Below are positions 22,844 through 31,950 of a stretch of 64,000 bases of DNA, piece after piece. The stretch spans positions 39,293-103,292 of the forward strand of contig JBBRPH010000002.1 in NCBI GenBank assembly GCA_038228295.1, given 5' to 3'. This DNA is from Chloroflexia bacterium (lineage in GTDB: Bacteria; Chloroflexota; Chloroflexia; QHBQ01; JAICKM01). The stretch's first letter is position 1. The number at the start of each line of letters is the position of its first letter. Below the pieces are notes generated by a model. That model searched no databases, had not been told where the DNA came from, and was given only the letters and a program-made list of their open reading frames with translations. The position numbers were made by a program, and so were the translations under genes.

Positions 22844-23352
22844 TGCGTCACCAGACTCTCGATCCACGCTTGATGCTCACGGAAGTGTTCCGCTGTGTTG
22901 CTGTAAATCAGGCCGAGCAGCGGCCGCTCATCGCGGTCGCCGGGGGCGGCGGGCAGGTAATCGCTGACCGCCTTGACCAGATCTGCATCGCTCAACGGCT
23001 CGATCAGGCGCAGGAGGCGGTTGTGTACTGTGCGCGAGTCGGCCAACGCCGCAGCCGACGCTGTATCCCTTCCCCTCGCCTGGATAGCCGCGTTGATGGT
23101 GTCATCGTCGCCACTGTCGTAGACTTCTTCGGTGATACCTAGCCCCTCGTGGCGGGGCCGGCCTTGCAGAACTACGATCACCGACCGCTCCCAGGCTGCC
23201 AGGTGAACCAGATGGTCTTTCACCGCCCAGCCCGCCGGATCGTGGATCTCGGTCATTTGCTCTTGTGTCAGCCCATCCAGGGCTCTATTGAGCCGGGTCC
23301 AAGCTGCGTCTATCTCCCGTACTAGCTCTGCCTTGTTATGGCGTGTCTCCAT
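22807..23352 (-). CDS. ClbS/DfsB-family (DUF1706) four-helix-bundle protein
   Basis: 'NKAELVREIDAAWTRLNRALDGLTQEQM...GWAVKDHLVHLAAWE' matches my recollection of the ClbS/DfsB N-terminal pattern. Confidence 0.65.
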   Translation of the reverse strand: METRHNKAELVREIDAAWTRLNRALDGLTQEQMTEIHDPAGWAVKDHLVHLAAWERSVIVVLQGRPRHEGLGITEEVYDSGDDDTINAAIQARGRDTASAAALADSRTVHNRLLRLIEPLSDADLVKAVSDYLPAAPGDRDERPLLGLIYSNTAEHFREHQAWIESLVTQGSPTSPPDPRS

Positions 23353-23386
23353 GGTATTTGTCTTACCCCCTAATAGCTATACTCAT

Positions 23387-23407
23387 GTTTCACGTTTCAC
23401 GTTTCAC
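23387..23407. repeat. (GTTTCAC)x3, i.e. (GTGAAAC)x3 on the minus strand, 11 nt downstream of the S8 protease stop
   Basis: Perfect three-unit heptamer array read directly. Confidence 0.9.
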
Positions 23408-23417
23408 GGTCTATGGC

Positions 23418-26400
23418 TCACGGCGTAGTGGTCAGCAGGCCGTCCACGATCTTTGCCAGTTGGGCGCGGGTGGCATAGGCGTTGGGGCGGAAGGTGTGGT
23501 CGCTGTAGCCACCGACTAGGCCGTGGAAGGCGACCTGAGCGATAGAGTCATAGGCCCAGTAGCCGCCCGGCACATCGCGGAAGCCGGGATCGGGTGGCGG
23601 GGCGGCGGACCACCCGGCCGCCCCGACGATCAACTTGGCGACCTGGGCGCGCGTCACCGGCGCGATGGGGTGGAAGCCGCCGTCGCTGTAGCCGCTGATC
23701 AGGCCGGAGTGCGCCGCCGTCTCGATATACGAGTAGCCCCAGAACGTCGGCGGCACATCGTTGAAGGTGGGCGTGGCCGGGGTGATCAGCGCCCAGTTGC
23801 GCGCGCGACCCAGCATCGCCAAGAACTGCACACGGCTAGTCAGGTCGCCGGGGTGGAATGTACGGTCAATGTAGCCGCCGACGATGCCCCGACAGTAGAG
23901 ATCGCGGATGGCGGCATAGGCCCAATACGAGGGCGGCACGTCGCTGATACTGGGTATGCAGGGATAGGGCGAGGGAGTCGGCTCCGGTGTAGGATGCCCA
24001 TAGCGCAGGGTCATCGGCAACGAAACTAACGCGGGCGCATCGGCCGGCCCGACAAACACCTTGCCGTCGTAGATGCCCGGCACGAGACCGGGGCGGTTAT
24101 AGCCGACCGTGAAAGTAAGGGTGGTGCCGGGCAGGACCGGTCCCGACACTCGCGCCGGGGTCACGCTCAGATCGCCACCGCGCACCGCTCGAATCGTCAG
24201 GTCAAACAGCCTGCCGCCGTCGGGCACGTTCAGGCCGCCGTCCACGCGCACGCGGTACTGTCCATCATGCGCCGGTTCGACGCGGAAGTATTGCGCCGGC
24301 CCGCCGCCGCCGCCCCCCCCCAGCCAGACCCAGCGTGTGCCGTCGTAGTAATCCACAAAGAGGTAGAGGTCCATATTCGTCGCGCTTTGCGTGCTGAACT
24401 CCACCGAGGCGGTGTTGCTCAGGGTTATCTCATAGAAGTAGGTGCCCTGCGCCTGGATCGGCTGATCGTGGATCATCTGGCGCTGGCTGAGACCGTAGCC
24501 GGTGACGGCCAAGCCTTTGGGCAACGTGATCGCTGTGGTCACGCTAATCACCGCCTGATCCTGCGTGCGGTCGCTGTCGAGGTTGATTGCGTCGGTACTG
24601 AGTGTGACCGTGCCCAGCGTGCCGGTAAACGGCTCGCTGACGGCCGCCCCGCTGTACCAGACGTTGTGCATCACTACTTCATGCAGGCCGGGCTGGCCGA
24701 TAGGGCCGCTAACCCATTCACTGGGTCCGTTTGTGGCCGTCTGCCAGCCCCACTGTCCACCGCCCTCGTAATTATAGACGCTGCCGCCGATGCCCCACAG
24801 GTCATAGGGACCGAAGCGGGTCGGGTCCGTCACTGAATAGTAGTCCCAGGGGGCCGCGCCGAGCAGGAAGGTGTCGTTGTCGGTAGGATAGTGCGGCCAG
24901 GTAGTATTGACCCACAAGAAGGTATTGGCCGGCGGGGTGCTGGGGTTGAAGGCGAAGAAATGCCGCCAGTCGCCGGAGTCGGGGCGCCAGGCCCAGTTGC
25001 CCGCACCGGTCATGCGTCCGCTGTCATAGACGGTCGGTGCGGGGGGCGTGCCGCCGAAGCTGCCCCCTAACTGCGGCAGGGCGACGTTCAGCGCGACCGG
25101 CACTAGGCTCGTCCCACTGCTGCTCGTCACGCGCACCGCCCCTTCGTAGGCACCGGCGGCGGTGCCTGGCGGCACGCGCAGGGTCAGCCCCACCGTGGCG
25201 CTGCCGCGTGCGGGTACGGTCGCCCCGGCAGCATCGGGAGTCAGTACCGTCCAGGGGCTGTGGCGGTAGAACGTCGCCCGCAGGGTGATGTGTGTATGTG
25301 GGATCGTGGCGATGCCGTCGGCGTGTTGTAGGCCGATCCAAAGGCCGTTGTGGCTACGCTCCAGCGGGCGCTCGATAAAGCCTTCCATGTTATCCGCTTT
25401 CGGATAGCTGTACCAGAAGCGATTGTACTCGCCGGTTTGGATTTCGCCCGCTTGTACTACCCCGTCGTGGTTTTGATCGGTCCACAGCCGCCCATCGCTG
25501 TTCTTATCTTGCCAGTCGTAGGCTAGTAGGCGGAAGGTGTTATGCCAGAACAGGAACTGCGATTGCGGGTCACTGAGGGTGAACTCGGTGTAGGAGATGA
25601 CCGCCTGCACGCGCAGCAGGTCGGTGCCGGGCGGGATTACGCCGGTCAGATCCTGCAAATAGTCGGGGCGGGTGAAGCCGCCGGGCGTTTCGACGGTGTT
25701 AGTGGTCGTTACGGTCCAATCGTAATGGCCGTTTTCGAGCAGCAGATCGCTGGCGACCGTCGCCGCTAAGGGGGCGGGACCGGGATTGGTCAGGGTCAAC
25801 GTGGTGGTGCTTGTGCTGCCCGGATAGACATAGCCCGCGAAAAACGGCGCGCTTTGGCCGGGGGTCCAACGCGCCGGCGAGACCCGCAACCCGCTATAGC
25901 CCGCCGCCAGTTGCACCAGCCGGTTGCCGTCTACCAGCCCCGCGCCCTGCGTGAAGGGGCCGTAGTGCAGGTCACGCGCCGACGAGGTGAGCAGTTCGCG
26001 CGCGGTAGCGGCGCTCGGCCAGCCGCCGGTGGCGCGGTGATAGGCGTTGTAGCCGAGCGCCAGCACGCCCGCCGTGATCGGGGTCGCCATGCTGGTGCCA
26101 CCCCACAGTTCGTAGGCGTTGGCCCCATCCTGGCTCGCGTTCGGCGCGCTGTCGGCGGTGCCCCAGGCACCCACCGCCACGACCGCCGGGCCGTTGTTGC
26201 CGCCAATGGTCGGACCACGGTCCGACCAGGGTTGGATGTCGCCCCAGGTGATCTCCTGCGTGGAAGAGATTGGCTCGAAGGTCGTTGTTTCGCCGTATTG
26301 GGTAGCTGCGCCGACGGCGATCACGTTGGGCGCGGCGGCGGGTGGGGTCATGCTGCCGTAGCCGGGACCGCCGTTGCCGGTGGCCGCCACAAAACTGAGA

Positions 26401-28067
26401 TTGGGCGCATCAGCCTGCAAATAGGCCAGGTAGCGCGATTGGAAATCCCAGCCGGAGTCTACGCCGCCCGCAAAGCCAAAGCTCATCGAGGCGATTTGCG
26501 GCTCATCGCCGCTGTTGGGTCGCCCATCGAGCCCATAGGTCGCCAGCATTTGGGCGTCGTAGATCGCCATGCCGCCCCGATAGACGTTGCCCATGGCGAT
26601 CAGTTTCGCGTCGGGAGCCATGCCCTGCACCATGCCGCCCACGCCGGGCGGCTTGTAGGCCGGGCGCAAGCCGGCCCCCGGCCCATCAATAATGCCCTGC
26701 GCGACGACCGACGACGCGCAGGCAGTGCCGTGGTGTTCGGCATAGTCATACGATCCCATCATGGCGACCAGCGCGCCGTTCGCCGGGGCCGCGAGACCAT
26801 ACATCCAATCACTGGCCGGTACGGCGTGTTGCCCGTCGGCGATAAAGTAGAGCATCCCCGTGGAGAGATCGTTTAGGCCGTCGTGGTTCAGATCAAGGCC
26901 GTCTACTTCGTGCCCTTTACGAAGAGCGCGGCCGCTGCGTAGATCGTGTGAATTGGTCAGGTCCACGTACACCGTGTCGTAGATCCCCGCCTGCTGTGTG
27001 TCGGCCACGACCACTACGATGTACTCCTGATAGAGATCGAACGCCAGGTGTTCGTCAGGGAAGATACCGATGTGGTAGACCCCACTGCGGCTGGTGCCGG
27101 GCATCTGGTAGGTGTGCGTGATCGGATCCATGTGGTTGGCGGTGGCGGTGACCGTCTGGAAGTCGCCTCGCTCACCGTGAATCGTGGCCGAGGTGTCAAT
27201 ATACCAGGAGCCATAGGAGCGGATCGCGTTGTTGATGTCGCCGACGATGCCGCCGGCCAGCAGTTCCATTGAAGTCGGGTCAAAGGCCATCGGCCAGCCG
27301 TAGTAGGGCGAGGCGGGATCTTCGACGCGGGCAAAGGTATTCGCCAGATCGGGGTGGCCGAAGTCTACGCCGGAGTCGATCAGCGCGACTTTGACCCCGC
27401 CGCCGCGATAACCCGCCTGCCAGGCCGGTCGCACGTCCTGCACATCAACGGTGTGCCAACTGTCCGGCTGTGCCGCTTTCTGCGTTGCGGGTTTTACGGT
27501 CTGCGGTGGCGAGCCTGCGGCGACCGGCGACTGCCGCCCGGCGACTGCCGCCGGAGTGCTGTTACCTGATGCCTGATGCCTGATCGCTGCATCTGGGCGA
27601 CCGCCGGCCTGACCGATGCCGCGCCCGGCGAGTTCGGGTGGCACGGGCGCGGTGGGCGCGGTGTCGGCTAGGACGGCGACGACGTTGGGTGTGGCGAGCG
27701 CGCTGATCTGCCCGGCGCGTACTCGGCCCTGCGTGAAGACGAGGCCGCGCGCATCTGGTCGGCGGGCGACGGCGCCTTGCAGCAAGCCCGTGGGTGCCGC
27801 GCCCTGGCTGACGACGATAACCGGCAGCAGCGTATCGGGGCCGGCGGCCGCAGCGACGGCCTGGCGTAGGGCCGGCGCGATACGTCCGGCGGCACGGTCG
27901 GCGCCGCTGCTGATTTGCGGCTTGCCGAGCGTGCTCACGGGCGGCGGTCCGCCGGCCGCGACACCGCCGGGCGTCGCAGGGCTGCCCAGCGCGAGCAGCA
28001 AGGCCAGGATCACAGGTGAGAACGCGAGCGCGCGCAAGGCTAGACGATGGCGCAGGACTGTAGGCAT
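23418..28067 (-). CDS. Very large secreted subtilisin-like (S8) serine protease with three C-terminal SLH domains
   Basis: Catalytic triad motifs 'VALIDSGVD', 'HGTACAS', 'GGTSMATPITAGV'. Signal peptide. Three SLH repeats ('FSDVPPSYWAYAAIRDL..', 'FNDVPPTFWGYSYIETA..', 'FRDVPGGYWAYDSIAQV..'). Confidence 0.9.
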   Translation of the reverse strand: MPTVLRHRLALRALAFSPVILALLLALGSPATPGGVAAGGPPPVSTLGKPQISSGADRAAGRIAPALRQAVAAAAGPDTLLPVIVVSQGAAPTGLLQGAVARRPDARGLVFTQGRVRAGQISALATPNVVAVLADTAPTAPVPPELAGRGIGQAGGRPDAAIRHQASGNSTPAAVAGRQSPVAAGSPPQTVKPATQKAAQPDSWHTVDVQDVRPAWQAGYRGGGVKVALIDSGVDFGHPDLANTFARVEDPASPYYGWPMAFDPTSMELLAGGIVGDINNAIRSYGSWYIDTSATIHGERGDFQTVTATANHMDPITHTYQMPGTSRSGVYHIGIFPDEHLAFDLYQEYIVVVVADTQQAGIYDTVYVDLTNSHDLRSGRALRKGHEVDGLDLNHDGLNDLSTGMLYFIADGQHAVPASDWMYGLAAPANGALVAMMGSYDYAEHHGTACASSVVAQGIIDGPGAGLRPAYKPPGVGGMVQGMAPDAKLIAMGNVYRGGMAIYDAQMLATYGLDGRPNSGDEPQIASMSFGFAGGVDSGWDFQSRYLAYLQADAPNLSFVAATGNGGPGYGSMTPPAAAPNVIAVGAATQYGETTTFEPISSTQEITWGDIQPWSDRGPTIGGNNGPAVVAVGAWGTADSAPNASQDGANAYELWGGTSMATPITAGVLALGYNAYHRATGGWPSAATARELLTSSARDLHYGPFTQGAGLVDGNRLVQLAAGYSGLRVSPARWTPGQSAPFFAGYVYPGSTSTTTLTLTNPGPAPLAATVASDLLLENGHYDWTVTTTNTVETPGGFTRPDYLQDLTGVIPPGTDLLRVQAVISYTEFTLSDPQSQFLFWHNTFRLLAYDWQDKNSDGRLWTDQNHDGVVQAGEIQTGEYNRFWYSYPKADNMEGFIERPLERSHNGLWIGLQHADGIATIPHTHITLRATFYRHSPWTVLTPDAAGATVPARGSATVGLTLRVPPGTAAGAYEGAVRVTSSSGTSLVPVALNVALPQLGGSFGGTPPAPTVYDSGRMTGAGNWAWRPDSGDWRHFFAFNPSTPPANTFLWVNTTWPHYPTDNDTFLLGAAPWDYYSVTDPTRFGPYDLWGIGGSVYNYEGGGQWGWQTATNGPSEWVSGPIGQPGLHEVVMHNVWYSGAAVSEPFTGTLGTVTLSTDAINLDSDRTQDQAVISVTTAITLPKGLAVTGYGLSQRQMIHDQPIQAQGTYFYEITLSNTASVEFSTQSATNMDLYLFVDYYDGTRWVWLGGGGGGGPAQYFRVEPAHDGQYRVRVDGGLNVPDGGRLFDLTIRAVRGGDLSVTPARVSGPVLPGTTLTFTVGYNRPGLVPGIYDGKVFVGPADAPALVSLPMTLRYGHPTPEPTPSPYPCIPSISDVPPSYWAYAAIRDLYCRGIVGGYIDRTFHPGDLTSRVQFLAMLGRARNWALITPATPTFNDVPPTFWGYSYIETAAHSGLISGYSDGGFHPIAPVTRAQVAKLIVGAAGWSAAPPPDPGFRDVPGGYWAYDSIAQVAFHGLVGGYSDHTFRPNAYATRAQLAKIVDGLLTTTP
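27564..27584. repeat. (ACCTGAT)(GCCTGAT)x2 heptamer array inside the S8 protease CDS
   Basis: Read directly. Translated on the minus strand as 'IRHQASG'. Confidence 0.8.
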
Positions 28068-28301
28068 GGGGTAGATCCTTTGCTGAGTGAGGGGCGGCTA
28101 GATCGCCCTTCATTATACCAGATACCAGATTTGCCCACCGCAGTTGTCCAGCAGACGCATATCGGCGGGCCGTGTTTTTGTCTGGGCGATTGGTAACGCC
28201 CGGCGCAGATCGACTATAATAGCACCGCTATGGGCAATGCCGGCGGAACGTGCGGCTGCGATCTCTGCTACCGATCAAGGGAAGGGAAAGGATACCACCT
28301 G

Positions 28302-29384
28302 ATGTATACGGTTACGCTTATTCCAGGCGACGGCATTGGCCCGGAGATCAGCGAGGCCACGCGGCGCGTGCTGGATGCGACCGGCGTAGCGTTCCAGTGG
28401 GATGTGCAAGAGGCAGGCACGGCGGTGGCCGAGCAGACTGGGACTGCGCTGCCGGAGTCGGTGATCGAATCGGTGCGGCGCAACAAGATCGCTATCAAAG
28501 GGCCAATCACCACGCCGGTCGGCAAGGGCTTTCGCAGCGCTAATGTCGGCCTCCGCAAGGCGCTCGATCTCTACGCTAATATACGGCCCTGTAAGACTCG
28601 GCCCGGCGTGCGCTCGCGCTACGACAATATTGACTTGATCGTGGTGCGCGAAAATACCGAAGACCTCTACGCCGGCATTGAGTTCTACGAAGGTAAGCCG
28701 GAGACGGCGGAATTGATCGCTTGGATCGCCGAAAACAACGGCGCTAAGATCCGGCCCGACTCGGCGATCAGCATCAAACCGATCAGCATCACCGGCAGCC
28801 GGCGCATCGTCAAGTTTGCTTTCGAGTATGCGCGGGCCAATGGGCGGCGCAAAGTGTCGGCGGTGCATAAAGCGAATATTATGAAGGCGACCGACGGCCT
28901 CTATCTGCAAACCGCTGAGGAAGTGGCGCGAGACTACTCGGACATCGCGTTCGAGAATGTGATCGTGGACAATATGTGTATGCAGTTGGTGCAGAAGCCC
29001 GACCTGTATGATGTGCTGGTGCTGCCCAATCTGTACGGCGATATCCTGTCGGATTTGTGCGCGGGGCTGGTCGGCGGCTTAGGTGTGGCTCCCGGCGCGA
29101 ATATCGGGGAGGGCGTGGCGCTGTTTGAGCCAATCCACGGCAGCGCGCCGAAATACGCGGGTCAGAACCGCGTCAACCCGATGGCGATGATGTACAGCGG
29201 GGTGATGATGCTGCACTACTTAGGCGAGACCGCCGCCGCCGACCGCTTGGAAGGCATCCTCGACAACCTGATCGCTGAAGGCAAATATGTCACCTATGAT
29301 CTCAAACCCGAACGCAACGATCCCACGGCTCTCAGCACATCGGCAGTGGCGGATGAGATCGTGCGCCGCTTGGGGAGTGCGTAA
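28302..29384 (+). CDS. Isocitrate/isopropylmalate dehydrogenase family enzyme, most like NAD-dependent isocitrate (or homoisocitrate) dehydrogenase
   Basis: '[11 protein letters not shown]', '[14 protein letters not shown]', '[14 protein letters not shown]', '[12 protein letters not shown]'. ATG 28302 (the tracked ORF 28230 is an extension). Confidence 0.85.
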   Translation: MYTVTLIPGDGIGPEISEATRRVLDATGVAFQWDVQEAGTAVAEQTGTALPESVIESVRRNKIAIKGPITTPVGKGFRSANVGLRKALDLYANIRPCKTRPGVRSRYDNIDLIVVRENTEDLYAGIEFYEGKPETAELIAWIAENNGAKIRPDSAISIKPISITGSRRIVKFAFEYARANGRRKVSAVHKANIMKATDGLYLQTAEEVARDYSDIAFENVIVDNMCMQLVQKPDLYDVLVLPNLYGDILSDLCAGLVGGLGVAPGANIGEGVALFEPIHGSAPKYAGQNRVNPMAMMYSGVMMLHYLGETAAADRLEGILDNLIAEGKYVTYDLKPERNDPTALSTSAVADEIVRRLGSA

Positions 29385-29436
29385 AAGGTAAAAGGTAAAA
29401 GGTAGAAAGTAGAAAGTAATTAGGGTCAGGGTCAGA
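29381..29436. repeat. Heptamer array (GTAAAAG)x3 (GTAGAAA)x2 GTAATTA GGGTCAG GGTCAGA
   Basis: Read directly. The first unit contains the TAA stop (29382-29384) of the upstream gene. Confidence 0.9.
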
Positions 29437-29472
29437 ACGGAGGCTGTGCCGATCTGCGAACTGCGGCCCAAT

Positions 29473-29514
29473 CACTTTTCACTTTTCACTTTTCACTTTT
29501 CACTTTTCACGTTT
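29473..29514. repeat. Heptamer array (CACTTTT)x5 CACGTTT
   Basis: Read directly. Ends 8 nt before ATG 29523. Partly complementary (about 5 of 7 per unit) to the 29381 array. Confidence 0.9.
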
Positions 29515-29522
29515 TACGCGCC

Positions 29523-30728
29523 ATGCAGATCGCCCTCAACGGCTTCTACTGGGACCAACCCGATACCGGCAGCGGGCAGTATTTGCGGCGGCTGTGGCGC
29601 TATCTGCCGCGACTGCCGCCAGCGGCCGCGCACACGTTTGTGTTACTGCGCCCCGGTAACGGGCCGCCTGCCAATATGCCGCCGGCGCCGACGAACGCAC
29701 GGCTGTTGACAGTGGGACTGTGGCCGGCGGCGGGGCACGGCGGGCAGCGGGCCAAAATCTGGTGGGAGCAGGTCGGTTTGCCGGCGGCGGCGCGTCGAGT
29801 GGGCGCAGATCTGCTGCATTGCCCCTACCTGGCCGCGCCGCTGGTCGCCTTTTGTCCCACCGTGATTACGGTACATGACCTGATCCCGTGGGCTTTGCCG
29901 GCCTATCGGGCGGGGCGGGCGGTGCGCCTCTATCTGTCCCTAGCGCGCTTGGCCGCAGGCCGCGCTTCCCTCCTGCTGACCGACTCGGAAGCCTCGCGGC
30001 GTGATGTGCTACGCTATTTTCGCGTGCCGCCGGCGCAGGTTCGCACAGTGCTGCTGGGCATTGAGCCGGAGTTTGCCGTCGCGCCGCCCGCCGCCGATGT
30101 CGCCGCCATGCGGGTGCGCTTCGGCCTACCGCCGCGTTATGCGTTCTACATCGGTGGCTACGACCGGCGCAAGGATGTGCCTACCTTATTGCGCGTTTGG
30201 GCCGCCGCGTTGCCGCAACTGGCCGAGTCCGAGGAATCGCCGGTACTGGCATTGGCCGGGCGCATCCCCGCACCCGGTGGCCTTTACCCCGACATCACCA
30301 GCCTCGCCGCGCAGTTGGGGCTGATCACGCCCGACGCGACCACTGCGCCGCTACGCCTGCTAGGCCGGGTGAGCGAAGCCGACAAGCGCTTGCTACTGGC
30401 GGGGGCAACGGTGTTTCCTTTCCCCTCGCGCTACGAAGGTTTTGGCTACGATCCGCTGGAAGCGATGGCCGCCGGGGTGCCGGTGCTGGCGACTAACCGT
30501 AGCGCCCTGCCCGAAATCGTGGGCGACGCAGGCGACTTGCTGCCGGCGGGCGATATTCCTGCCTGGAGCGCCGCGCTCGTCCGCCTCTGGCGCGACCCCG
30601 CGCACCACGCGGATCGTGCCGCGCGCAGCCGCGCCCAGGCTGCGTGCTTTGACCCGGCGCGAACGGCGGCGGCGACGCTGGTGGGCTACTTGGACGTGCT
30701 GCGAGAAAGTGGTAAGCCGACCTTATGA
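29523..30728 (+). CDS. Glycosyltransferase family 4
   Basis: 'FPSRYEGFGYDPLEAMAAGVPVLATNRSALPEIVGDAG' GT4 signature. Confidence 0.85.
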   Translation: MQIALNGFYWDQPDTGSGQYLRRLWRYLPRLPPAAAHTFVLLRPGNGPPANMPPAPTNARLLTVGLWPAAGHGGQRAKIWWEQVGLPAAARRVGADLLHCPYLAAPLVAFCPTVITVHDLIPWALPAYRAGRAVRLYLSLARLAAGRASLLLTDSEASRRDVLRYFRVPPAQVRTVLLGIEPEFAVAPPAADVAAMRVRFGLPPRYAFYIGGYDRRKDVPTLLRVWAAALPQLAESEESPVLALAGRIPAPGGLYPDITSLAAQLGLITPDATTAPLRLLGRVSEADKRLLLAGATVFPFPSRYEGFGYDPLEAMAAGVPVLATNRSALPEIVGDAGDLLPAGDIPAWSAALVRLWRDPAHHADRAARSRAQAACFDPARTAAATLVGYLDVLRESGKPTL

Positions 30729-31912
30729 CCGAGCCGCGCAAGCCCCGCGTCCTCTGGATCTGGCACGCGGCGGTGATCGCCGAGTACCAGAAGCCGCTGG
30801 CGGCGCTGGCCGCCGCAGGGCGCTGGGATGTACATCTGCTGGTGCCGACGGCATGGCCGGAGCGCGCTGGGCAAATGGTGGCGTTGGAACGCCGCGCCGA
30901 CCCCGATTATACGATCCATGTCGGGCAAGTTTGGTTCCCGCAGCATTACTACATCTACCTCTTCCCCGGCCTGTTGGCGACCCTATGGCAGGTGCAGCCA
31001 ACCGTGTTGCATATCTACGAGGAAGCGCATAGCCTGCTGCCCGCGCTGATCCTGGCGCTGCGGCCGCTATTGGAGCGGCTGTGGCGGCGGCGCGTGCCGG
31101 TGATCCTGTACGCGGCGCAGAACATCGTTAAACGTTACCCGCCGCCGTTCCGTTGGTTCGAGCGCTTTTGCTTCCGCTACGCCGACGCGATCCTGCCCTG
31201 TGGCGTGGGCGTGGCGGCGACCCTGCGGCAGAAGGGCTATCGTGGGCCGTTGCCGCACGTGCCGCTGCCGACCGACCCGGCGGTATTCCGGCGCGATTCT
31301 GTAGCGGGCGCGGCGGTGCGCCAGGCAGTGGGCATTCCAGCCGCAGCGGTGGTAATCGGCTACGCGGGCAAGCTGGCGGCCGAAAAAGGTGTGATGACAC
31401 TGTTGCAAGCGTTCTTGACCCTACCTACCGTGGCCGATGGACCGCATCTGCTGATCGTGGGCGACGGGCCGTTGCGGCCGGCGTTGACGGCGGCGGCCAC
31501 GGCGGGGGGCGCGGCGGATCGCGTTCATCTGGTCGGCGCATTGGACCATGCCGCGCTGCCGGCGCACCTGAGCGCCGGCGATGTGTGGGTGGTGCCGTCG
31601 GAGACGCGCCCCAACTGGCGCGAACAGTTCGGGCGGGCGGCGGTTGAGGCGATGGCCTGTGGCAATGCCACCGTTGTCTCCGACTGCGGCGAACTGCCGC
31701 GTGTGGTCGGTCCCGCCGGGCAGGTGTTTCCCGAAGGTGACGTGCCGGCGCTGGCGGCGCTGCTGGCCGCGCTCTGCACCGACCCGGCGGCGCGGACCGC
31801 ATTGGGAGCCGCCGGGCGTGCTCGCGTGCTGGCCTGCTATACGCCGACCCAGGCGGCGCGCCTGTACAGCGCGGCTTATAGTGCAGCGTTGCACATGAAA
31901 CGTGAAACGTGA
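30725..31912 (+). CDS. Glycosyltransferase family 4
   Basis: 'EQFGRAAVEAMACGNATVVSDCGELPRVVGPAG'. ATGA overlap with the upstream GT4 gene. Confidence 0.85.
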   Translation: MTEPRKPRVLWIWHAAVIAEYQKPLAALAAAGRWDVHLLVPTAWPERAGQMVALERRADPDYTIHVGQVWFPQHYYIYLFPGLLATLWQVQPTVLHIYEEAHSLLPALILALRPLLERLWRRRVPVILYAAQNIVKRYPPPFRWFERFCFRYADAILPCGVGVAATLRQKGYRGPLPHVPLPTDPAVFRRDSVAGAAVRQAVGIPAAAVVIGYAGKLAAEKGVMTLLQAFLTLPTVADGPHLLIVGDGPLRPALTAAATAGGAADRVHLVGALDHAALPAHLSAGDVWVVPSETRPNWREQFGRAAVEAMACGNATVVSDCGELPRVVGPAGQVFPEGDVPALAALLAALCTDPAARTALGAAGRARVLACYTPTQAARLYSAAYSAALHMKRET

Positions 31913-31915
31913 TTA
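31895..31915. repeat. ATGAAAC GTGAAAC GTGATTA heptamers containing the TGA stop of 30725-31912
   Basis: Read directly. Same GTGAAAC unit, in the same orientation relative to the gene, as downstream of the S8 protease. Confidence 0.85.
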
Positions 31916-31950
31916 CGCACCTTTTTATGACTAACTAGACAGCTAGCACT

